Shown piece by piece: positions 58,427 to 64,000 of a stretch of 64,000 nucleotides of DNA. Position 1 is the stretch's first letter. Every line of letters starts with the position of its first letter. This DNA is from Candidatus Limnocylindrales bacterium. Its GTDB lineage: Bacteria; Desulfobacterota; Binatia; UBA1149; CAITLU01. The stretch spans positions 293,012-357,011 of the forward strand of contig DASPNR010000007.1 of the NCBI GenBank assembly GCA_035626395.1. The letters run 5' to 3'. The position numbers and the translations under genes were made by a program. Under the pieces are notes generated by a model. It ran no database searches. It had not been told where the DNA came from and was given only the letters and a program-made list of their open reading frames with translations.

Positions 58427-59520
58427 GACGGCTCGAGCACCGTCGCGCTGCGGGTCTCGCTGGCGGCGACGCCGGGGAGCAGCACGCGGCCGCCGTGCAC
58501 GGTGCGATGGCCCCGCTCGTAGTCGAGCGCGCTCATCGCGCGCTTTCCCTCGGGCTGCACCGTGCGCAGCTCGAGCACGCCGCGCCCGCACGCCACCAGC
58601 ACGCCGCCGTCGCTGTGGCCCAGGACGGTCCCTGGCGCGCCAGACGGTGCAGCACCGCCGGAGCCGGAGGTTCCCAAGCCACTGCCGCCGGAGCCCGCGC
58701 CAGCGAGCCCAGTGCCGCCGCCACCGGCCGTACCCGAGTTGGCAGGAGACGTGGAGTCGACGGCGCGCGCGTCCAGCACTTTCAGCCGCGTCTTGCCGTC
58801 GAAGGCGAAGGCGCCGGGTCGGGGCGCGAACGCGCGCACCTGACGCGCGACGAAAGCCGCGTCGGCAGCCCAGTCGATGGCCGCTTCCTCCTTGCGAAGC
58901 GGCGGTGCGAAGGTCGCGCGCGAGTGGTCCTGCGGCGTGTGCGGCACCGCGCCCGCGGCGTAGCGATCCACGGTCTCCGCCAGCATGTCGGCCGAGAGCT
59001 CCGCCATCCGATCGCGCAGCTCGCCCGCGTTCATGTCGGGCGGGATGTCGATCGAGCGCGCGGCGAGGATGTCGCCTTCATCGAGCCCTTCGCTCATCTC
59101 CATGATGGTGACGCCGGTGCGCGTCAGGCCTTCGAGAATGGCGCGCTCGATGGGAGCAGCCCCGCGCAGCGCCGGCAGCAGCGACCCGTGCGCGTTGATG
59201 CAGCCGAGACGGGGAATGGCCAGCACCTGCGGCGGGAGAATGCGACCGTAGGCGACGGTCACGCCGAGATCCGGCGCCAGCGCGCGAAGCCGGTCGATGA
59301 ACTGCGGCGAACGCGGCGAGGCCGGGTCGAGCACTTCGACGCCGGCCCGCAGCGCCACTTCCTTGACCGGCGAGGGCACCATCCGCTGGCCGCGGCCGCG
59401 CGCCTTGTCGGCGCGCGTGACCACGGCAACGACCTCGTGCGGGCCCTCGAGCAGACGGCGCAGCGAGACCGCCGCGTAATGCGGCGTGCCCATGAAGAGG
59501 AGGCGCAGAGGTTTCGTGGC
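58423..59520 (-). CDS. fmt: Methionyl-tRNA formyltransferase with a Gly/Ser-rich insertion in the C-terminal domain
   Basis: LRLLFMGTP...NAHGSLLP are canonical fmt motifs. No canonical ATG/GTG start lies upstream of the FMGTP motif. The candidates are CTG at 59520 or ATG at 59493, and the reading frame overlaps the def stop. Confidence 0.8.
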   Translation of the reverse strand, partial: ATKPLRLLFMGTPHYAAVSLRRLLEGPHEVVAVVTRADKARGRGQRMVPSPVKEVALRAGVEVLDPASPRSPQFIDRLRALAPDLGVTVAYGRILPPQVLAIPRLGCINAHGSLLPALRGAAPIERAILEGLTRTGVTIMEMSEGLDEGDILAARSIDIPPDMNAGELRDRMAELSADMLAETVDRYAAGAVPHTPQDHSRATFAPPLRKEEAAIDWAADAAFVARQVRAFAPRPGAFAFDGKTRLKVLDARAVDSTSPANSGTAGGGGTGLAGAGSGGSGLGTSGSGGAAPSGAPGTVLGHSDGGVLVACGRGVLELRTVQPEGKRAMSALDYERGHRTVHGGRVLLPGVAASETRSATVLEPS

Positions 59521-59528
59521 CAGGGCCT

Positions 59529-60083
59529 TTAGCGGCGGAAGGCGTTGGCGGCGGCGGCCATCAGCTGCTCGTCCTCCTCGACGGAAGGCAGCAGGCGACG
59601 CGCGCGCTTGCGGTACAGCTCGCGCTTGAGGCGCGAAATGTGATCGATGAACAGGGTGCCGTCGAGGTGGTCGATCTCGTGCTGGAGGCAGACCGCGTCG
59701 AGGTCGCTCGCCTCGATCTCGATCTCCTTGTGATCGATGGTCCAGCCCTTGACCAGGATGTGGCGGGCGCGGCGGACCTCGGCGGTGTAGTTGACGACGC
59801 TGAGGCAGCCCTCTTCCCAGGTGACCGAGCCGCTGGAGGCGGCGATGACCGGGTTGAGGATCTTCAGCAGCTTCTTGCCGCGATTGTCGGAGTCGGTGTC
59901 GACGACGATGGCGCGCTGGAGCACTCCCACCTGCGGAGCGGCCAGCCCGATACCGTTGTTCACGTACATGGTGTCCACCATGTCGTTGAGCAGCTTGGCC
60001 GTGCGGGCGTTGATCTGCCGCACGTCCTGGGACTTCTGCGTCAGGATCCTGCTCGGATAGCGGTGGACTTCCAGAACGGCCAT
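59529..60083 (-). CDS. def: Peptide deformylase
   Basis: GLAAPQVG, EGCLS and QHEIDHLDG are present. The start is the internal ATG (MAVLEV). Confidence 0.9.
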   Translation of the reverse strand: MAVLEVHRYPSRILTQKSQDVRQINARTAKLLNDMVDTMYVNNGIGLAAPQVGVLQRAIVVDTDSDNRGKKLLKILNPVIAASSGSVTWEEGCLSVVNYTAEVRRARHILVKGWTIDHKEIEIEASDLDAVCLQHEIDHLDGTLFIDHISRLKRELYRKRARRLLPSVEEDEQLMAAAANAFRR

Positions 60084-60263
60084 CGCCGGACAGGTAAAGG
60101 CAAAACGTGCCGAATCGCAAGAGACAAAACCGCCGGCCCGCGCACGCGGCGGCGCGCGCATGAGCGATTTCCCGCCAAATCGTCGCACCGGCCGCGCATT
60201 CTTAAAATTCCTTCAGAGTCGGCGGCGGACGCCCCGCCAGCCGCGCCGCAACGGTGTCTCGTT

Positions 60264-62690
60264 CTAGAACATGTCGACCGGATCGACGTCCACCAGCACC
60301 CGGACCCGCTTCACCCGCGCCTCCGATGCCACGGCCACGCGAGCCCGCGCCAGCGCCTGGCGCACCACCGAGGAGCGGCCGGCGCGTGCGTGGACGTGAT
60401 AGCGGAAGCGGTCCTTGATGCGTTCGAGCACCGCCGGCGCCGGCCCGCGCAGGACGAAAGAGGGGTCGCCGGCTCCCGCCTCGGCCATCGCGCGCGCAGC
60501 CTGCTCCGAAAGCCGCTCGACCACGGGCCGCTCGGGCCCTTCCAGGCGCAGCATTCCCATGCGGCGCACCGGCGGAAAGCCGAGCTCGGCGCGCTCGGCC
60601 AGCTCGGCCTGCGCGAACGCGTCGAAATCGCCGGCCAGGGCCAGCGAGATCACCGGCTGATCGGGCCGGTACGTTTGCACGAGCACGCGGCCCTGCTCGC
60701 TGCCGCGGCCGGCGCGCCCCGCCACCTGCGCGAGCAGCTGGAACGTGCGCTCGGCGCCGCGGAAATCCGGAACCGACAGCGACAGGTCGGCCTGCACCAC
60801 ACCGACCAGCGTCACGCCAGGGACGTCGTGCCCCTTGGCGATCATCTGTGTGCCGATGAGCACGTCCACTTCGGCGCGCTTCCACGCCAGCAGCGTGGCC
60901 GCCAGCAGTCCGCGCTCCTCGGTGGTGTCGCGGTCCAGCCGCGCCACGCGCGCCTTCGGCAGAATCGAGCGCACGGCCGCCTCGAGCTTTTGCGTGCCCA
61001 GCCCCTGCGAGAACAGCGAGTCGCGCCCGCAGCCGGTGCAGACCGACGGGATGGCCCGGCGTGCGTCGCAGTGATGGCAGCGCAGCGAGCGGTCGTGCTG
61101 GTGCAGCGTCAGCGCCACGCTGCACGCATCGCACTGCAGCGTCTCGCCGCACTCCCAGCACTGGATCGAGCTGGCGTAGCCGCGCCGGTTCAGGAACAGC
61201 AGCGTCTGTCCCTTCGCCAGGAAGTTGGCTTTCATCGCCTCGATGAGCTGCTCGGAGAGGCCGCCGCTGGCGGCGATGTCGCGCCCGCGCAGGTCGATCG
61301 CTTCCATGCGCGGCGGCGGGCTGGCCGTCACGCGCGTCGGCAGCACGAGGTGGCGGTAGCGGCCCTCGCGCGCGTGGCGCCAGCTCTCCAGCGACGGCGT
61401 GGCCGACCCGAGCACGACCGGGCATCCCTCGATGCGTGCACGCATCACCGCGGTATCGCGCGCGTGATAGCGGACGCCGTCGTCCTGCTTGTAGGCGGCG
61501 TCGTGCTCCTCGTCGACGACGATCACGCCGAGCGAAGGCAGCGGCGCGAGCACCGCCGAGCGCGCGCCGACGGCGATGCGAGCCTGCCCGCGCGCGATGC
61601 GCCGCCACTCGTCCCATCGCTCGCCCGGCGTCAGGTCGCTGTGCAGCACCGCCACCAGATCGCCGAAGCGGCCGCGCAGGCGCGCGACCACCTGATGCGT
61701 CAGCGAAATCTCCGGCACCAGCACCAGGGCGCCGCTGCCGCGCTGGAGCACCGACTCGATCGTGCGCAGGTAGATCTCGGTCTTGCCGCTGGCAGTCACG
61801 CCCTGCAGCAGGAACGTCGAGAAGGATCCGAGCCCGGCCTCGATGGCTTCGACCGCGTGCGCCTGCGCCTGCGTCAGCTCGGGCGCTTCGTAGTGCTCGC
61901 TGATCGCGGCAGGCGCTCGGAACATCTCGCTCCTGGACAGGCGCACCAGGCCCGCCTCCGCCAGCGCCGGCAGCGACGCGCCGGCGGACGGAAACAGCTC
62001 GGCCAGCTCGCTGACGGTCGCGCTTCGATGCGGCAGCGTCAGCAGATGCTCGAACAGCGCGCGGCGCTTGGGCGCACGCGTGAACAGTGCCGCTTCGGTG
62101 GCTTCGTCGGCCATGCGCTCGACGGTCACCAGCGTCTCGTAGCGCGTCTTCGCCCGCGGCGAGCCCAGCACGTCCTCGATGCCGACGACGCCGCGCTCGG
62201 CCAGCGTCGCCAGCAGGCGGTCGATGGTGCGGCGGCCCAGGCCGTGCGCCAGATGCGCAGGCTCCAGCGGCTTTCCCGCACGCTCCAGGATCTGCACGAC
62301 GCGCCGCTCGATGTCGCTTTGTGCGGCGGAGCCGTCGCGCAGCGCCACGACCTTCTTGGAGGTCGCGGTCAGGCTGCGGCCGACGGCGAGCGAGAGCGTG
62401 TCGCCGAGCGAGGCCAGGTAGTAGTCGGCCATCCACTCGAGCAGCTGCAGGAGCTTTTCCGTGACGATGGGGCAATCGTCGAGGAGCGACAGGATGCTGC
62501 GGCACGAAACGCCTTCGGGCGCCTGCTCGCCGGTGCCGATGACGAGCGCAGTCACGCGGCGCGGGCCCAGCGGCACCATCACGCGCACGCCGGGCCGCAC
62601 CGCGTCCGACAGTCCCTCGGGCACTGCGTAGGTCAGGCGGGCCAGCGCGGCGACGGCCGGAAGCGGCGTGACGTGAACGAAAGCGGGCAC
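60264..62690 (-). CDS. priA: Primosomal protein N' (PriA helicase)
   Basis: Walker A (GVTASGKTE) and DEEH are present, with the Cys-rich zinc-binding insertion (CWECG...CDAC...CHHC...CTGCG). Confidence 0.95.
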   Translation of the reverse strand: MPAFVHVTPLPAVAALARLTYAVPEGLSDAVRPGVRVMVPLGPRRVTALVIGTGEQAPEGVSCRSILSLLDDCPIVTEKLLQLLEWMADYYLASLGDTLSLAVGRSLTATSKKVVALRDGSAAQSDIERRVVQILERAGKPLEPAHLAHGLGRRTIDRLLATLAERGVVGIEDVLGSPRAKTRYETLVTVERMADEATEAALFTRAPKRRALFEHLLTLPHRSATVSELAELFPSAGASLPALAEAGLVRLSRSEMFRAPAAISEHYEAPELTQAQAHAVEAIEAGLGSFSTFLLQGVTASGKTEIYLRTIESVLQRGSGALVLVPEISLTHQVVARLRGRFGDLVAVLHSDLTPGERWDEWRRIARGQARIAVGARSAVLAPLPSLGVIVVDEEHDAAYKQDDGVRYHARDTAVMRARIEGCPVVLGSATPSLESWRHAREGRYRHLVLPTRVTASPPPRMEAIDLRGRDIAASGGLSEQLIEAMKANFLAKGQTLLFLNRRGYASSIQCWECGETLQCDACSVALTLHQHDRSLRCHHCDARRAIPSVCTGCGRDSLFSQGLGTQKLEAAVRSILPKARVARLDRDTTEERGLLAATLLAWKRAEVDVLIGTQMIAKGHDVPGVTLVGVVQADLSLSVPDFRGAERTFQLLAQVAGRAGRGSEQGRVLVQTYRPDQPVISLALAGDFDAFAQAELAERAELGFPPVRRMGMLRLEGPERPVVERLSEQAARAMAEAGAGDPSFVLRGPAPAVLERIKDRFRYHVHARAGRSSVVRQALARARVAVASEARVKRVRVLVDVDPVDMF

Positions 62691-62753
62691 GATGGCCGAT
62701 CCATTACATCACCGTCGTTGCCGGGAAAGCCGCGCGCGCTGCACTGTGCCGAC

Positions 62754-63404
62754 ATGCTTTTGGCACACCGTCCTCATCGCGCGACCTTCTGGTATCTCGC
62801 ACCCGATCGCCTCGTCGCCGCCGTGCTGGCGCGAACGAGCGAGGAGCCGCTGCTGGAGGCGTGCGCGGCATCGTACGCGCATGGCAATGGGCAGTGTCTG
62901 TTCGCGCCGGGTGTCGTCGAGCTGTCGTGGGTGCTGGGCGCCGAGCGCATCCCGCACGTGGCCGCGCTGTCGGCATCGTTGTGCAGCTTGCGCGAGGACG
63001 ACGCGCCGGCCGAGGCGGAGACCGCCTCGGTACGCGTGTCGGGCGACGGCGAGCTGCGCGTGCACGCACGCGCACAAGCCGTGCACCAGGCGCAGGCGTT
63101 GTTCCGTCGCGCGCGTCTGCATCTGATGGCTCTGGATTGCGAGCCGTGCGCCCTGCGCACGCTCGCCGACGTGCTCGGCACCGGCGACGACAGGAACGAT
63201 GGTGGGCGGCGGGTGCTGGCGGGTGCCGCGGCGACCGCCGCGCCGGCGATCACGGGCGTCGCGGCGGCAGCGCGGCGTCATCAGCCGCTTGCCGCAGTCA
63301 GCATTCGCCCCGACGCCGAAAAAGCCGCGCATGCGCTGGGCGAGGATCTTGCGGTGCCCGTCGGACTGGCGCTGGCGTGGTTCGGAGCCGACCGTGCGCT
63401 CTGA
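62754..63404 (+). CDS. Hypothetical protein (216 aa), possibly a PilM/GspL-like actin-fold assembly-protein fragment
   Basis: GC3 is high. It is the 3' tail of a long antisense-to-priA ORF, and only the part after the priA start is kept. The function is a weak guess. Confidence 0.4.
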   Translation: MLLAHRPHRATFWYLAPDRLVAAVLARTSEEPLLEACAASYAHGNGQCLFAPGVVELSWVLGAERIPHVAALSASLCSLREDDAPAEAETASVRVSGDGELRVHARAQAVHQAQALFRRARLHLMALDCEPCALRTLADVLGTGDDRNDGGRRVLAGAAATAAPAITGVAAAARRHQPLAAVSIRPDAEKAAHALGEDLAVPVGLALAWFGADRAL

Positions 63405-64000
63405 CCTGCTGGCGCCGGCGCGCACTCATGCTCGCCGCCGGCGCGCTTCGGCGGCAGCCGTCGCGCTCGCGCTGGTCGCGGCGGCCGCCGCTGCCGCCTG
63501 GCGCATCGACCTGCCGCGTCAGCACGCCGAGCGGCTCTACGACGATCCGGCGCCCGCAGCCCCTGCCTTGCTCGCCGACAAGAGGCCGCCCGCAGCGCCG
63601 GTGATCGTCGACGCCGTCGCGGCGCCGCCGCGCCCGGCAGCGTCCGTGCAGACGCGCCCGCTGTCGGCGTGGCTGGGCGACATCGCGCGCGATGCCAAGC
63701 GCGAGCTCGTGATCAGCCCCGCGATCCAAGGCGACCTGACGGCCAGCGCAGGCGCGGAACGGCTCGACTGGCGCGAACGCATCGACGCGTACTCGCGCGT
63801 TTTCGGCTTCGAGTTCGCCGTCGGGGATGGGCTCATCGAGGTGCGGCCGCCGCCCTCTCGCCCATCGGGTGCGTCGCGAGACGTGCCCAAAGCATCCGCC
63901 GCGGACGACCGGCAGCGCGAAGCGGCCATCGGCGCTGCGAACGCAGGGCCGCGAGCGCATGAGGCTGACGATGCGGGCACCGGCGCCGGAGCGGTCGATG
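63394..64000 (+). CDS. Membrane-anchored hypothetical protein with an STN/secretin-N-like segment, 3' partial (continues past the window end)
   Basis: GTG with GGAG 7 nt upstream precedes an Arg-rich n-region plus a hydrophobic anchor (RRRRASAAAVALALVAAAAAAAW). GC3 is about 82%. It is not in the ORF track because it has no ATG and no stop within the window. Confidence 0.4.
   Translation, partial: MRSDLLAPARTHARRRRASAAAVALALVAAAAAAAWRIDLPRQHAERLYDDPAPAAPALLADKRPPAAPVIVDAVAAPPRPAASVQTRPLSAWLGDIARDAKRELVISPAIQGDLTASAGAERLDWRERIDAYSRVFGFEFAVGDGLIEVRPPPSRPSGASRDVPKASAADDRQREAAIGAANAGPRAHEADDAGTGAGAVD

Noticed and set aside
59640-62690. 5' 1000 aa of the 1254-aa plus-strand ORF
   Set aside because: It is antisense to def and priA. 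Only its 3' tail beyond the priA start (62754..63404) is kept as a candidate gene.

Overview
This is a 64 kb, roughly 70% GC chromosomal segment that is gene-dense on both strands, probably from a Gram-negative delta-proteobacterium/Myxococcota-like or candidate-phylum genome.

Most of the window is housekeeping. Recognisable genes include:
- clpB, ribE and a RibBA-like gene
- ccmABCD
- glmS/glmU
- ileS followed by lspA
- a glnB-glnA pair with a sigma-54 promoter
- the def-fmt-rsmB-rpe run, priA and djlA
- one tRNA-Pro(CGG)

Interspersed with these is a signalling block: a PAS/GAF histidine kinase, a DUF2333-like membrane protein and a 1365-aa CheB-CheR-PAS-HisKA-HATPase-REC hybrid kinase. There are also many predicted secreted or low-complexity proteins.

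The most unusual content is a pair of paralogous secreted proteins of about 700-850 aa. Each has a poly-Thr tandem-repeat linker and a very cysteine-rich C-terminal region with shared motifs, and the two genes share an upstream sequence motif. Other unusual items:
- a poly-Gln protein encoded by a CAG/CTG-rich repeat tract
- two adjacent Gly/Ala/Thr-rich secreted proteins, one ending in a (GTGS)n repeat
- a likely pseudo-phosphatase resembling a low-molecular-weight protein tyrosine phosphatase
- an orphan TadG-like pilus protein
- a RibBA whose GTP-cyclohydrolase-like domain lacks its zinc cysteines
- an fmt with a Gly/Ser-rich insertion

No CRISPR array, rRNA or mobile element was seen.

The ORF track contains many long antisense ORFs that are typical artefacts of high-GC DNA. 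Several real genes start at internal positions of the listed ORFs, with RBS-supported ATG/GTG/TTG codons. Coordinates I derived by hand for internal starts may be off by 1-2 nt.
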